The position numbers and the translations under genes are program-made. Positions 25,001 through 43,000 of a stretch of 64,000 nt of DNA are shown here, piece by piece; the stretch's first letter is position 1; each line of letters opens with the position of its first letter. The DNA is from Heterodontus francisci (taxonomy: Eukaryota). The notes below the pieces were generated by a model, which searched no databases, was not told where the DNA came from, and was given only the letters and a program-made list of their open reading frames with translations. The stretch lies in assembly GCF_036365525.1 (NCBI RefSeq), contig NC_090378.1, positions 119,893,593-119,957,592 on the forward strand. The letters run 5' to 3'.

Positions 25001-28000
25001 CTGACAGACAGTACTGGGTAATACACCCACACTCAGAGACACACACCGACAGACAGTACTGGGTGACACACCTACACTCAGAGACACACACCTACAGACA
25101 GTACTGGGGAACGCACCCACTCTCAGAGACACACACCTGCAGACAGTCCTGGGTAACACACCCACACTCAGAGACACTCACCTACAGACAGTACTGGGTA
25201 ATACACCCACATTCAGAGACACACACCTACAGACAGTACTGGGTAACACACCCACACTCAGAGACACTCACCTACAGACAGTACTGGGTAACACATCCAC
25301 ACTCAGAGACACACACCTACAGACAGCACTGGGGAGCGCACCCACTCTCAGAGACACACACCTACAGACAGTACTGGGTAACACACCCACACTCAGAGAC
25401 ACACACCTACAGACAGTACTGGGTAACACACCCACACTCAGAGACACACACCTACAGACAGTACTGGGTAACACACCCACACTCAGAGACACACACCTAC
25501 AGACAGTCCTGGGTAACACACCCACACTCAGAGACACACACCTACAGACAGTACTGGGTAATACACCCACACTCAGAGACACACACCTACAGACAGTACT
25601 GGGTAATACACCCACACTCAGAGACACACACCTACAGACAGTACTGGGGAACGCACCCACTCTCAGAGACACACACCTGCAGACAGTCCTGGGTCACACA
25701 CCCACACTCAGAGACACACACTGACAGACAGTACTGGGTAATACACCCACACTCAGAGACACACACCGACAGACAGTACTGGGTGACACACCTACACTCA
25801 GAGACACACACCTACAGACAGTACTGGGGAACGCACCCACTCTCAGAGACACACACCTGCAGACAGTCCTGGGTAACACACCCACACTCAGAGACACACA
25901 CCTACAGACAGTACTGGGTAATACACCCACATTCAGAGACACACACCTACAGACAGTACTGGGTAACACACCCACACTCAGAGACACACACCTACAGACA
26001 GCACTGGGGAACGCATCCACTCTCTGAGACACACACCTACAGACAGTACAGGGTAACACACCCACACTCAGAGACACACACCTACAGACAGTACTGGGTA
26101 ACACACCCACATTCAGAGACACTCACTGACAGACAGTACTGGGTAACACATCCACACTCAGAGACACGCACCTACAGACAGTACTGGGTAACACACCCAC
26201 ACTCAGAGACACACACCTACAGACAGTACTGGGGAACGCACCCACACTCAGAGACACACACCTGCAGACAGTCCTGGGTAATACACCCACATTCAGAGAC
26301 ACACACCTACAGACAGTACTGGGTAACACACCCACATTCAGAGACACTCACTGACAGACAGTACTGGGTAACACATCCACACTCAGAGACACGCACCTAC
26401 AGACAGTACTGGGTAACACACCCACACTCAGAGACACACACCTACAGACAGTACTGGGGAACGCACCCACTCTCAGAGACACACACCTGCAGACAGTCCT
26501 GGGTAACACACCCACACTCAGAGACACACACTGACAGACAGTACTGGGTAATACACCCACACTCAGAGACACACACCTACAGACAGTACTGGGTAACGCA
26601 CCCACATTCAGAGACACTCACCTACAGACAGTACTGGGTAATACACCCACACTCAGAGACACACACCGACAGACAGTACTGGGTGACACACCTACACTCA
26701 GAGACACACACCGACAGACAGTACTGGGGAACGCACCCACTCTCAGAGACACTCACCTACAGACAGTACTGGGTAAAACATCCACACTCAGAGACACACA
26801 CCTACAGACAGCACTGGGGAGCGCACCCACTCTCAGAGACACACACCTACAGACAGTACTGGGGAACGCACCCACTCTCAGAGACACACACCTGCAGACA
26901 GTCCTGGGTCACACACCCACACTCAGAGACACACACTGACAGACAGTACTGGGTAATACACCCACACTCAGAGACACACACCGACAGACAGTACTGGGTG
27001 ACACACCTACACTCAGAGACACACACCTACAGACAGTACTGGGGAACGCACCCACTCTCAGAGACACACACCTGCAGACAGTCCTGGGTAACACACCCAC
27101 ACTCAGAGACACTCACCTACAGACAGTACTGGGTAATACACCCACATTCAGAGACACACACCTACAGACAGTACTGGGTAACACACCCACACTCAGAGAC
27201 ACTCACCTACAGACAGTACTGGGTAACACATCCACACTCAGAGACACACACCTACAGACAGCACTGGGGAGCGCACCCACTCTCAGAGACACACACCTAC
27301 AGACAGTACTGGGTAACACACCCACACTCAGAGACACACACCTACAGACAGTACTGGGTAACACACCCACACTCAGAGACACACACCTACAGACAGTCCT
27401 GGGTAACACACCCACACTCAGAGACACACACCTACAGACAGTACTGGGTAATACACCCACACTCAGAGACACACACCTACAGACAGTACTGGGTAATACA
27501 CCCACACTCAGAGACACACACCTACAGACAGTACTGGGGAACGCACCCACTCTCAGAGACACACACCTGCAGACAGTCCTGGGTCACACACCCACACTCA
27601 GAGACACACACTGACAGACAGTACTGGGTAATACACCCACACTCAGAGACACACACCGACAGACAGTACTGGGTGACACACCTACACTCAGAGACACACA
27701 CCTACAGACAGTACTGGGGAACGCACCCACTCTCAGAGACACACACCTGCAGACAGTCCTGGGTAACACACCCACACTCAGAGACACTCACCTACAGACA
27801 GTACTGGGTAATACACCCACATTCAGAGACACACACCTACAGACAGTACTGGGTAACACACCCACACTCAGAGACACACACCTACAGACAGCACTGGGGA
27901 ACGCATCCAATCTCTGAGACACACACCTACAGACAGTACAGGGTAACACACCCACACTCAGAGACACACACCTACAGACAGTACTGGGTAACACACCCAC

Positions 28001-31000
28001 ATTCAGAGACACTCACTGACAGACAGTACTGGGTAACACATCCACACTCAGAGACACGCACCTACAGACAGTACTGGGTAACACACCCACACTCAGAGAC
28101 ACACACCTACAGACAGTACTGGGGAACGCACCCACACTCAGAGACACACACCTGCAGACAGTCCTGGGTAATACACCCACATTCAGAGACACACACCTAC
28201 AGACAGTACTGGGTAACACACCCACATTCAGAGACACTCACTGACAGACAGTACTGGGTAACACATCCACACTCAGAGACACGCACCTACAGACAGTACT
28301 GGGTAACACACCCACACTCAGAGACACACACCTACAGACAGTACTGGGGAACGCACCCACTCTCAGAGACACACACCTGCAGACAGTCCTGGGTAACACA
28401 CCCACACTCAGAGACACACACTGACAGACAGTACTGGGTAATACACCCACACTCAGAGACACACACCTACAGACAGTACTGGGTAACGCACCCACATTCA
28501 GAGACACTCACCTACAGACAGTACTGGGTAATACACCCACACTCAGAGACACACACCGACAGACAGTACTGGGTGACACACCTAAACTCAGAGACACACA
28601 CCGACAGACAGTACTGGGGAACGCACCCACTCTCAGAGACACTCACCTACAGACAGTACTGGGTAACACATCCACACTCAGAGACACACACCTACAGACA
28701 GCACTGGGGAGCGCACCCACTCTCAGAGACACACACCTACAGACAGTACTGGGTAACACACCCACACTCAGAGACACACACCTACAGACAGTACTGGGTA
28801 ACACACCCACACTCAGAGACACACACCTACAGACAGTCCTGGGTAACACACCCACACTCAGAGACACACACCTACAGACAGTACTGGGTAATACACCCAC
28901 ACTCAGAGACACACACCTACAGACAGTACTGGGTAATACACCCACACTCAGAGACACACACCTACAGACAGTACTGGGGAACGCACCCACTCTCAGAGAC
29001 ACACACCTGCAGACAGTCCTGGGTCACACACCCACACTCAGAGACACACACTGACAGACAGTACTGGGTAATACACCCACACTCAGAGACACACACCGAC
29101 AGACAGTACTGGGTGACACACCTACACTCAGAGACACACACCTACAGACAGTACTGGGGAACGCACCCACTCTCAGAGACACACACCTGCAGACAGTCCT
29201 GGGTAACACACCCACACTCAGAGACACTCACCTACAGACAGTACTGGGTAATACACCCACATTCAGAGACACACACCTACAGACAGTACTGGGTAACACA
29301 CCCACACTCAGAGACACACACCTACAGACAGTACTGGGTAACACACCCACATTCAGAGACACTCACTGACAGACAGCACTGGGTAACACATCCACACTCA
29401 GAGACACGCACCTACAGACAGTACTGGGTAATACACCCACATTCAGAGACACACACCTACAGACAGTACTGGGTAACACACCCACACTCAGAGACACGCA
29501 CCTACAGACAGTACTGGGTAACACACCCACATTCAGAGACACTCACTGACAGACAGCACTGGGTAACACATCCACACTCAGAGACACGCACCTACAGACA
29601 GTACTGGGTAACACACCCACACTCAGAGACACACACCTACAGACAGTACTGGGGAACGCACCCACTCTCAGAGACACACACCTGCAGACAGTCCTGGGTA
29701 ATACACCCACATTCAGAGACACACACCTATAGACAGTACTGGGTAACACACCCACATTCAGAGACACTCACTGACAGACAGTACTGGGTAACACATCCAC
29801 ACTCAGAGACACGCACCTACAGACAGTACTGGGTAACACACCCACACTCAGAGACACACACCTACAGACAGTACTGGGGAACGCAACCACTCTCAGAGAC
29901 ACACAACTGCAGACAGTCCTGGGTAACACACCCACACTCAGAGACACACACTGACAGACAGTACTGGGTAATACACCCACACTCAGAGACACACACCTAC
30001 AGACAGTACTGGGTAACGCACCCACATTCAGAGACACTCACCTACAGACAGTACTGGGTAATACACCCACACTCAGAGACACACACCGACAGACAGTACT
30101 GGGTGACACACCTACACTCAGAGACACACACCTACAGACAGTACTGGGGAACGCACCCACTCTCAGAGACACTCACCTACAGACAGTACTGGGTAACACA
30201 TCCACACTCAGAGACACACACCTACAGACAGTACTGGGGAACGCACCCACTCTCAGAGACACACACCTGCAGACAGTCCTGGGTAACACACCCACACTCA
30301 GAGACACACACCTACAGACAGTACTGGGTAACACACCCACACTCAGAGACACACACCTACAGACAGCACTGGGGAACGCACCCACTCTCAGAGACACACA
30401 CCTACAGACAGTACTGGGTAACACACCCACACTCAGAGACACACACCTACAGACAGTACTGTGTAACACACCTACACTCAGAGACACACACCTACAGACA
30501 GTACTGGGTAACACACCCACACTCAGAGACACACACCTACAGACAGTACTGGGTAATACACCCACACTCAGAGACACACACCTACAGACAGTACTGGGTA
30601 ATACACCCACACTCAGAGACACACACTGACAGACAGTACTGGGTAATACACCCACACTCAGAGACACACACCTACAGACAGTACTGGGGAACGCACCCAC
30701 TCTCAGAGACACACACCTGCAGACAGTCCTGGGTAATACACCCACATTCAGAGACACACACCTACAGACAGTACTGGGTAACCCACCCACACTCAGAGAC
30801 ACACACTGACAGACAGTACTGGGTAACACACCCACATTCAGAGACACTCACTGACAGACAGTACTGGGTAACACATCTACACTCAGAGACACGCACCTAC
30901 AGACAGTACTGGGTAACACACCCACACTCAGAGACACGCACCTACAGACAGTACTGGGTAACACACCCACATTCAGAGACACTCACTGACAGACAGTACT

Positions 31001-34000
31001 GGGTAACACATCCACACTCAGAGACACGCACCTACAGACAGTACTGGGTAACACACCCACACTCAGAGACACACACCTACAGACAGTACTGGGGAACGCA
31101 CCCACTCTCAGAGACACACACCTGCAGACAGTCCTGGGTAACACACCCACACTCAGAGACACACACTGACAGACAGTACTGGGTAATACACCCACACTCA
31201 GAGACACACACCGACAGACATACTGGGTGACACACCTACACTCAGAGACACACACCTACAGACAGTACTGGGGAACGCACCCACTCTCAGAGACACACAC
31301 CTGCAGACAGTCCTGGGTAACACACCCACACTCAGAGACACTCACCTACAGACAGTACTGGGTAATACACCCACATTCAGAGACACACACCTACAGACAG
31401 TACTGGGTAACACACCCACACTCAGAGACACACACCTACAGACAGCACTGGGGAACGCATCCACTCTCTGAGACACACACCTACAGACAGTACAGGGTAA
31501 CACACCCACACTCAGAGACACACACCTACAGACAGTACTGGGTAACACACCCACATTCAGAGACACTCACTGACAGACAGTACTGGGTAACACATCCACA
31601 CTCAGAGACACGCACCTACAGACAGTACTGGGTAACACACCCACACTCAGAGACACACACCTACAGACAGTACTGGGGAACGCACCCACACTCAGAGACA
31701 CACACCTGCAGACAGTCCTGGGTAATACACCCACATTCAGAGACACACACCTACAGACAGTACTGGGTAACACACCCACATTCAGAGACACTCACTGACA
31801 GACAGTACTGGGTAACACATCCACACTCAGAGACACGCACCTACAGACAGTACTGGGTAACAAACCCACACTCAGAGACACACACCTACAGACAGTACTG
31901 GGGAACGCACCCACTCTCAGAGACACACACCTGCAGACAGTCCTGGGTAACACACCCACAATCAGAGACACACACTGACAGACAGTACTGGGTAATACAC
32001 CCACACTCAGAGACACACACCTACAGACAGTACTGGGTAGCGCACCCACATTCAGAGACACTCACCTACAGACAGTACTGGGTAATACACCCACACTCAG
32101 AGACACACACCTACAGACAGTACTGGGTAACGCACCCACATTCAGAGACACTCACCTACAGACAGTACTGGGTAATACACCCACACTCAGAGACACACAC
32201 CGACAGACAGTACTGGGTGACACACCTACACTCAGAGACACACACCTACAGACAGTACTGGGGAACGCACCCACTCTCAGAGACACTCACCTACAGACAG
32301 TACTGGGTAACACATCCACACTCAGAGACACACACCTACAGACAGTACTGGGGAACGCACCCACTCTCAGAGACACACACCTGCAGACAGTCCTGGGTAA
32401 CACACCCACACTCAGAGACACACACCTACAGACAGTACTGGGTAACACACCCACACTCAGAGACACACACCTACAGACAGCACTGGGGAACGCACCCACT
32501 CTCAGAGACACACACCTACAGACAGTACTGGGTAACACACCCACACTCAGAGACACACACCTACAGACAGTACTGTGTAACACACCTACACTCAGAGACA
32601 CACACCTACAGACAGTACTGGGTAACACACCCACACTCAGAGACACTCACCTACAGACAGTACTGGGTAATACACCCACACTCAGAGACACACACCTACA
32701 GACAGTACTGGGTAATACACCCACACTCAGAGACACACTCTGACAGACAGTACTGGGTAATACACCCACACTCAGAGACACACACCTACAGACAGTACTG
32801 GGGAACGCACCCACTCTCAGAGACACACACCTGCAGACAGTCCTGGGTAATACACCCACATTCAGAGACACACACCTACAGACAGTACTGGGTAACCCAC
32901 CCACACTCAGAGACACACACTGACAGACAGTACTGGGTAACACACCCACATTCAGAGACACTCACTGACAGACAGTACTGGGAAACACATCTACACTCAG
33001 AGACACGCACCTACAGACAGTACTGGGTAACACACCCACACTCAGAGACACGCACCTACAGACAGTACTGGGTAACACACCCACATTCAGAGACACTCAC
33101 TGACAGACAGTACTGGGTAACACATCCACACTCAGAGACACGCACCTACAGACAGTACTGGGTAACACACCCACACTCAGAGACACACACCTACAGACAG
33201 TACTGGGGAACGCACCCACTCTCAGAGACACACACCTGCAGACAGTCCTGGGTAACACACCCACACTCAGAGACACACACTGACAGACAGTACTGGGTAA
33301 TACACCCACACTCAGAGACACACACCGACAGACATACTGGGTGACACACCTACACTCAGAGACACACACCTACAGACAGTACTGGGGAACGCACCCACTC
33401 TCAGAGACACACACCTGCAGACAGTCCTGGGTAACACACCCACACTCAGAGACACTCACCTACAGACAGTACTGGGTAATACACCCACATTCAGAGACAC
33501 ACACCTACAGACAGTACTGGGTAACACACCCACACTCAGAGACACACACCTACAGACAGCACTGGGGAACGCATCCACTCTCTGAGACACACACCTACAG
33601 ACAGTACAGGGTAACACACCCACACTCAGAGACACACACCTACAGACAGTACTGGGTAACACACCCACATTCAGAGACACTCACTGACAGACAGTACTGG
33701 GTAACACATCCACACTCAGAGACACGCACCTACAGACAGTACTGGGTAACACACCCACACTCAGAGACACACACCTACAGACAGTACTGGGGAACGCACC
33801 CACACTCAGAGACACACACCTGCAGACAGTCCTGGGTAATACACCCACATTCAGAGACACACACCTACAGACAGTACTGGGTAACACACCCACATTCAGA
33901 GACACTCACTGACAGACAGTACTGGGTAACACATCCACACTCAGAGACACGCACCTACAGACAGTACTGGGTAACACACCCACACTCAGAGACACACACC

Positions 34001-37000
34001 TACAGACAGTACTGGGGAACGCACCCACTCTCAGAGACACACAACTGCAGACAGTCCTGGGTAACACACCCACAATCAGAGACACACACTGACAGACAGT
34101 ACTGGGTAATACACCCACACTCAGAGACACACACCTACAGACAGTACTGGGTAACGCACCCACATTCAGAGACACTCACCTACAGACAGTACTGGGTAAT
34201 ACACCCACACTCAGAGACACACACCGACAGACAGTACTGGGTGACACACCTACACTCAGAGACACACACCGACAGACAGTACTGGGGAACGCACCCACTC
34301 TCAGAGACACTCACCTACAGACAGTACTGGGTAACACATCCACACTCAGAGACACACACCTACAGACAGCACTGGTGAGCGCACCCACTCTCAGAGACAC
34401 ACACCTACAGACAGTACTGGGTAACACACCCACACTCAGAGACACACACCTACAGACAGTACTGGGTAACACACCCACACTCAGAGACACACACCGACAG
34501 ACATACTGGGTGACACACCTACACTCAGAGACACACACCTACAGACAGTACTGGGGAACGCACCCACTCTCAGAGACACACACCTGCAGACAGTCCTGGG
34601 TAACACACCCACACTCAGAGACACTCACCTACAGACAGTACTGGGTAATACACCCACATTCAGAGACACACACCTACAGACAGTACTGGGTAACACACCC
34701 ACACTCAGAGACACACACCTACAGACAGCACTGGGGAACGCATCCACTCTCTGAGACACACACCTACAGACAGTACAGGGTAACACACCCACACTCAGAG
34801 ACACACACCTACAGACAGTACTGGGTAACACACCCACATTCAGAGACACTCACTGACAGACAGTACTGGGTAACACATCCACACTCAGAGACACGCACCT
34901 ACAGACAGTACTGGGTAACACACCCACACTCAGAGACACACACCTACAGACAGTACTGGGGAACGCACCCACACTCAGAGACACACACCTGCAGACAGTC
35001 CTGGGTAATACACCCACATTCAGAGACACACACCTACAGACAGTACTGGGTAACACACCCACATTCAGAGACACTCACTGACAGACAGTACTGGGTAACA
35101 CATCCACACTCAGAGACACACACCTACAGACAGTACTGGGTAACACACCCACACTCAGAGACACACACCTACAGACAGTACTGGGGAACGCACCCACTCT
35201 CAGAGACACACACCTGCAGACAGTCCTGGGTAACACACCCACACTCAGAGACACACACTGACAGACAGTACTGGGTAATACACCCACACTCAGAGACACA
35301 CACCTACAGACAGTACTGGGTAACGCACCCACATTCAGAGACACTCACCTACAGACAGTACTGGGTAATACACCCACACTCAGAGACACACACCGACAGA
35401 CAGTACTGGGTGACACACCTACACTCAGAGACACACACCGACAGACAGTACTGGGGAACGCACCCACTCTCAGAGACACTCACCTACAGACAGTACTGGG
35501 TAACACATCCACACTCAGAGACACACACCTACAGACAGTCCTGGGTAACACACCCACACTCAGAGACACACACCTACAGACAGTACTGGGTAATACACCC
35601 ACACTCAGAGACACACACCTACAGACAGTACTGGGTAATACACCCACACTCAGAGACACACACCTACAGACAGTACTGGGGAACGCACCCACTCTCAGAG
35701 ACACACACCTGCAGACAGTCCTGGGTCACACACCCACACTCAGAGACACACACTGACAGACAGTACTGGGTAATACACCCACACTCAGAGACACACACCG
35801 ACAGACAGTACTGGGTGACACACCAACACTCAGAGACACACACCTACAGACAGTACTGGGGAACGCACCCACTCTCAGAGACACACACCTGCAGACAGTC
35901 CTGGGTAACACACCCACACTCAGAGACACTCACCTACAGACAGTACTGGGTAGTACACCCACATTCAGAGACACACACCTACAGACAGTACTGGGTAACA
36001 CACCCACACTCAGAGACACTCACCTACAGACAGTACTGGGTAACACATCCACACTCAGAGACACACACCTACAGACAGCACTGGGGAGCGCACCCACTCT
36101 CAGAGACACACACCTACAGACAGTACTGGGTAACACACCCACACTCAGAGACACACACCTACAGACAGTACTGGGTAACACACCCACACTCAGAGACACA
36201 CACCTACAGACAGTCCTGGGTAACACACCCACACTCAGAGACACACACCTACAGACAGTACTGGGTAATACACCCACACTCAGAGACACACACCTACAGA
36301 CAGTACTGGGTAATACACCCACACTCAGAGACACACACCTACAGACAGTACTGGGGAACGCACCCACTCTCAGAGACACACACCTGCAGACAGTCCTGGG
36401 TCACACACCCACACTCAGAGACACACACTGACAGACAGTACTGGGTAATACACCCACACTCAGAGACACACACCGACAGACAGTACTGGGTGACACACCT
36501 ACACTCAGAGACACACACCTACAGACAGTACTGGGGAACGCACCCACTCTCAGAGACACACACCTGCAGACAGTCCTGGGTAACACACCCACACTCAGAG
36601 ACACTCACCTACAGACAGTACTGGGTAATACACCCACATTCAGAGACACACACCTACAGACAGTACTGGGTAACACACCCACACTCAGAGACACACACCT
36701 ACAGACAGCACTGGGGAACGCATCCACTCTCTGAGACACACACCTACAGACAGTACAGGGTAACACACCCACACTCAGAGACACACACCTACAGACAGTA
36801 CTGGGTAACACACCCACATTCAGAGACACTCACTGACAGACAGTACTGGGTAACACATCCACACTCAGAGACACGCACCTACAGACAGTACTGGGTAACA
36901 CACCCACAATCAGAGACACACACCTACAGACAGTACTGGGGAACGCACCCACACTCAGAGACACACACCTGCAGACAGTCCTGGGTAATACACCCACATT

Positions 37001-40000
37001 CAGAGACACACACCTACAGACAGTACTGGGTAACACACCCACATTCAGAGACACTCACTGACAGACAGTACTGGGTAACACATCCACACTCAGAGACACG
37101 CACCTACAGACAGTACTGGGTAACACACCCACACTCAGAGACACACACCTACAGACAGTACTGGGGAACGCACCCACTCTCAGAGACACACACCTGCAGA
37201 CAGTCCTGGGTAACACACCCACACTCAGAGACACACACTGACAGACAGTACTGGGTAATACACCCACACTCAGAGACACACACCTACAGACAGTACTGGG
37301 TAACGCACCCACATTCAGAGACACTCACCTACAGACAGTACTGGGTAATACACCCACACTCAGAGACACACACCGACAGACAGTACTGGGTGACACACCT
37401 ACACTCAGAGACACACACCGACAGACAGTACTGGGGAACGCACCCACTCTCAGAGACACTCACCTACAGACAGTACTGGGTAACACATCCACACTCAGAG
37501 ACACACACCTACAGACAGCACTGGGGAGCGCACCCACTCTCAGAGACACACACCTACAGACAGTACTGGGTAACACACCCACACTCAGAGACACACACCT
37601 ACAGACAGTACTGGGTAACACACCCACACTCAGAGACACACACCTACAGACAGTCCTGGGTAACACACCCACACTCAGAGACACACACCTACAGACAGTA
37701 CTGGGTAATACACCCACACTCAGAGACACACACCTACAGACAGTACTGGGTAATACACCCACACTCAGAGACACACACCTACAGACAGTACTGGGGAACG
37801 CACCCACTCTCAGAGACACACACCTGCAGACAGTCCTGGGTCACACACCCACACTCAGAGACACACACTGACAGACAGTACTGGGTAATACACCCACACT
37901 CAGAGACACACACCGACAGACAGTACTGGGTGACACACCTACACTCAGAGACACACACCTACAGACAGTACTGGGGAACGCACCCACTCTCAGAGACACA
38001 CACCTGCAGACAGTCCTGGGTAACACACCCACACTCAGAGACACTCACCTACAGACAGTACTGGGTAATACACCCACATTCAGAGACACACACCTACAGA
38101 CAGTACTGGGTAACACACCCACACTCAGAGACACACACCTACAGACAGTACTGGGTAATACACCCACACTCAGAGACACACACTGACAGACAGTACTGGG
38201 TAATACACCCACACTCAGAGACACACACCTACAGACAGTACTGGGTAACACACCCACATTCAGAGACACTCACTGACAGACAGTACTGGGTAACACATCC
38301 ACACTCAGAGACACACACCTACAGACAGTACTGGGGAACGCACCCACTCTCAGAGACACACACCTGCAGACAGTCCTGGGTAATACACCCACATTCAGAG
38401 ACACACACCTACAGACAGTACTGGGTAACACACCCACATTCAGAGACACTCACTGACAGACAGTACTGGGTAACACATCCACACTCAGAGACACGCACCT
38501 ACAGACAGTACTGGGTAACACACCCACACCCAGAGACACACACCTACAGACAGTACTGGGGAACGCACCCACTCTCAGAGACACACACCTGCAGACAGTC
38601 CTGGGTAATACACCCACATTCAGAGACACACACCTACAGACAGTACTGGGTAACACACCCACACTCAGAGACACAGACTGACAGACAGTACTGGGTAACA
38701 CACCCACATTCATTGACACTCACTGACAGACAGTACTGGGTTACACATCCACACTCAGAGACACGCACCTACAGACAGTACTGGGTAACACACCCACACT
38801 CAGAGACACGCACCTACAGACAGTACTGGGTAACACACCCACATTCAGAGACACTCACTGACAGACAGTACTGGGTAACATCCACACTCAGAGACACGCA
38901 CCTACAGACAGTACTGGGTAACACATCCACACTCAGAGACACACACCTACAGACAGTACTGGGGAACGCACCCACTCTCAGAGACACACACTGACAGACA
39001 GTACTGGGTAATACACCCACACTCAGAGACACACACCGACAGACAGTACTGGGTGACACACCTACACTCAGAGACACACACCTACAGACAGTACTGGGGA
39101 ACGCACCCACTCTCAGAGACACACACCTGCAGACAATCCTGGGTAACACACCCACACTCAGAGACACTCACCTACAGACAGTACTGGCTAATACACCCAC
39201 ATTCAGAGACACACACCTACAGACAGTACTGGGTAACACACCCACACTCCGAGACACACACCTGCAGACAGCACTGGGGAACGCATCCACTCTCTGAGAC
39301 ACACACCTACAGACAGTACTGGGTAACACACCCACACTCAGAGACACACACCTACAGACAGTACTGGGTAACACACCCACACTCAGAGACACTCACCTAC
39401 AGACAGTACTGGGTAATACACCCACACTCAGAGACACACACCGACAGACAGTACTGGGTGACACACCTACACTCAGAGACACACACCAACAGACAGTACT
39501 GGGGAACGCACCCACTCTCAGAGACACTCACCTACAGACAGTACTGGGTAACACATCCACACTCAGAGACACACACCTACAGACAGTACTGGGTAATACA
39601 CCCACATTCAGAGACACACACCTACAGACAGTACTGGGTAACACACCCACACTCAGAGACACACACCTACAGACAGCACTGGGGAACGCACCCACTCTCA
39701 GAGACACACACCTACAGACAGTACTGGGTAACACACCCACACTCAGAGACACACACCTACAGACAGTACTGGGTAACACACCCACACTCAGAGACACACA
39801 CCTACAGACAGTACTGGGTAACACACCCACACTCAGAGACACACACCTACAGACAGTACTGGGTAATGCACCCACTCTCAGAGACACTCACCTACAGACA
39901 GTACTGGGGAACGCACCCACTCTCAGAGACACACACCTGCAGACAGTCCTGGGTAACACACCCACACTCAGAGACACTCACCTGCAGACAGTACTGGGTA

Positions 40001-43000
40001 ATACACCCACATTCAGAGACACACACCTACAGACAGTACTGGGTAACACACCCACACTCAGAGACACACACCTACAGACAGCACTGGGGAACGCATCCAC
40101 TCTCTGAGACACACACCTACAGACAGTACAGGGTAACACACCCACACTCAGAGACACTCACCTACAGACAGTACTGGGTAACACACCCACTTGCAGAGAC
40201 ACTCACTGACAGACAGTACTGGGTAACACATCCACACTCAGAGACACGCACCTACAGAAAGTACTGGGTAACACACCCACACTCAGAGACACACACCTAC
40301 AGACAGTACTGGGGAACGCACCCACTCTCAGAGACACACACCTGCAGACAGTCCTGGGTAATACACCCACATTCAGAGACACACACCTACAGACAGTACT
40401 GGGTAACACACCCACATTCAGAGACACTCACTGACAGACAGTACTGGGTAACACATCCACACTCAGAGACACGCACCTACAGACAGTACTGGGTAACACA
40501 CCCACACTCAGAGACACACACCTACAGACAGTACTGGGGAACGCACCCACTCTCAGAGACACACACCTGCAGACAGTCCTGGGTAAAACACCCACACTCA
40601 GAGACACACACTGACAGACAGTACTGGGTAATACACCCACACTCAGAGACACACACCTACAGACAGTACTGGGTAACGCACCCACATTCAGAGACACTCA
40701 CCTACAGACAGTACTGGGTAATACACCCACACTCAGAGACACACACCGACAGACAGTACTGGGTGACACACCTACACTCAGAGACACACACCTACAGACA
40801 GTAATGGGGAACGCACCCACTCTCAGAGACACTCACCTACAGACAGTACTGGGTAACACATCCACACTCAGAGACACACACCTACAGACAGTACTGGGGA
40901 ACGCACCCACTCTCAGAGACACACACCTGCAGACAGTCCTGGGTAACACACCCACACTCAGAGACACACACCTACAGACAGTACTGGGTAACACACCCAC
41001 ACTCAGAGACACACACCTACAGACAGCACTGGGGAGCGCACCCACTCTCAGAGACACACACCTACAGACAGTACTGGGTAACACACCCACACTCAGAGAC
41101 ACACACCTACAGACAGTACTGGGTAACACACCCACACTCAGAGACACACACCTACAGACAGTACTGGGTAACACACCCACACTCAGAGACACACACCTAC
41201 AGACAGTACTGGGTAATACACCCACACTCAGAGACACACACCTACAGACAGTACTGGGTAATACACCCACACTCAGAGACACACACTGACAGACAGTACT
41301 GGGTAATACACCCACACTCAGAGACACACACCTACAGACAGTACTGGGGAACGCACCCACTCTCAGAGACACACACCTGCAGACAGTCCTGGGTAATACA
41401 CCCACATTCAGAGACACACACCTACAGACAGTACTGGGTAACACACCCACACTCAGAGACACACACTGACAGACAGTACTGGGTAACACACCCACATTCA
41501 GAGACACTCACTGACAGACAGTACTGGGTAACACATCCACACTCAGAGACACGCACCTACAGACAGTACTGGGTAACACACCCACACTCAGAGACACGCA
41601 CCTACAGACAGTACTGGGTAACACACCCACATTCAGAGACACTCACTGACAGACAGTACTGGGTAACACATCCACACTCAGAGACACGCACCGACAGACA
41701 GTACTGGGTAACACATCCACACTCAGAGACACACACCTACAGACAGTAATGGGCAACGCACCCACTCTCAGAGACACACACTGACAGACAGTACTGGGTG
41801 ATACACCCACACTCAGAGACACACACCGACAGACAGTACTGGGTGACACACCTACACTCAGAGACACACACCTACAGACAGTACTGGGGAACGCACCCAC
41901 TCTCAGAGACACACACCTGCAGACAGTCCTGGGTAACACACCCACACTCAGAGACACTCACCTACAGACAGTACTGGGTAATACACCCACATTCAGAGAC
42001 ACACACCTACAGACAGTACTGGGTAACACACCCACACTCAGAGACACACACCTACAGACAGCACTGGGGAACGCATCCACTCTCTGAGACACACACCTAC
42101 AGACAGTACTGGGTAACACACCCACACTCAGAGACACACACCTACAGACAGTACTGGGTAACACACCCACACTCAGAGACACTCACCTACAGACAGTACT
42201 GGGTAATACACCCACACTCAGAGACACACACCTACAGACAGTACTGGGTAACACACCCACACTCAGAGACACACACCTACAGACAGCACTGGGGAACGCA
42301 CCCACTCTCAGAGACACACACCTACAGACAGTACTGGGTAACACACCCACACTCAGAGACACACACCTACAGACAGTACTGGGTAACACACCTACACTCA
42401 GAGACACACACCTACAGACAGTACTGGGTAACACACCCACACTCAGAGACACACACCTACAGACAGTACTGGGTAATGCACCCACACTCAGAGACACACA
42501 CCTACAGACAGTACTGGGTAACACACCCACACTCAGAGACACACACCTACAGACAGCACTGGGGAACGCATCCACACTCAGAGACACTCACCTACAGACA
42601 GTACTGGGTAATACACCCACATTCAGAGACACACACCTACAGACAGCACTGGGGAACGCACCCACTCTCAGAGACACACACCTGCAGACAGTCCTGGGTA
42701 ATACACCCACATTCAGAGACACACACCTACAGACAGTACTGGGTAACACACCCACATTCAGAGACACTCACTGACAGACAGTACTGGGTAACACATCCAC
42801 ACTCAGAGACACTCACCTACAGACAGTACTGGGTAACACACCCACACTCAGAGACACACACCTGCAGACAGTCCTGGGTAACACACCCACACTCAGAGAC
42901 ACTCACCTGCAGACAGTACTGGGTAATACACCCACATTCAGAGACACACACCTACAGACAGTACTGGGTAACACACCCACACTCAGAGACACACACCTAC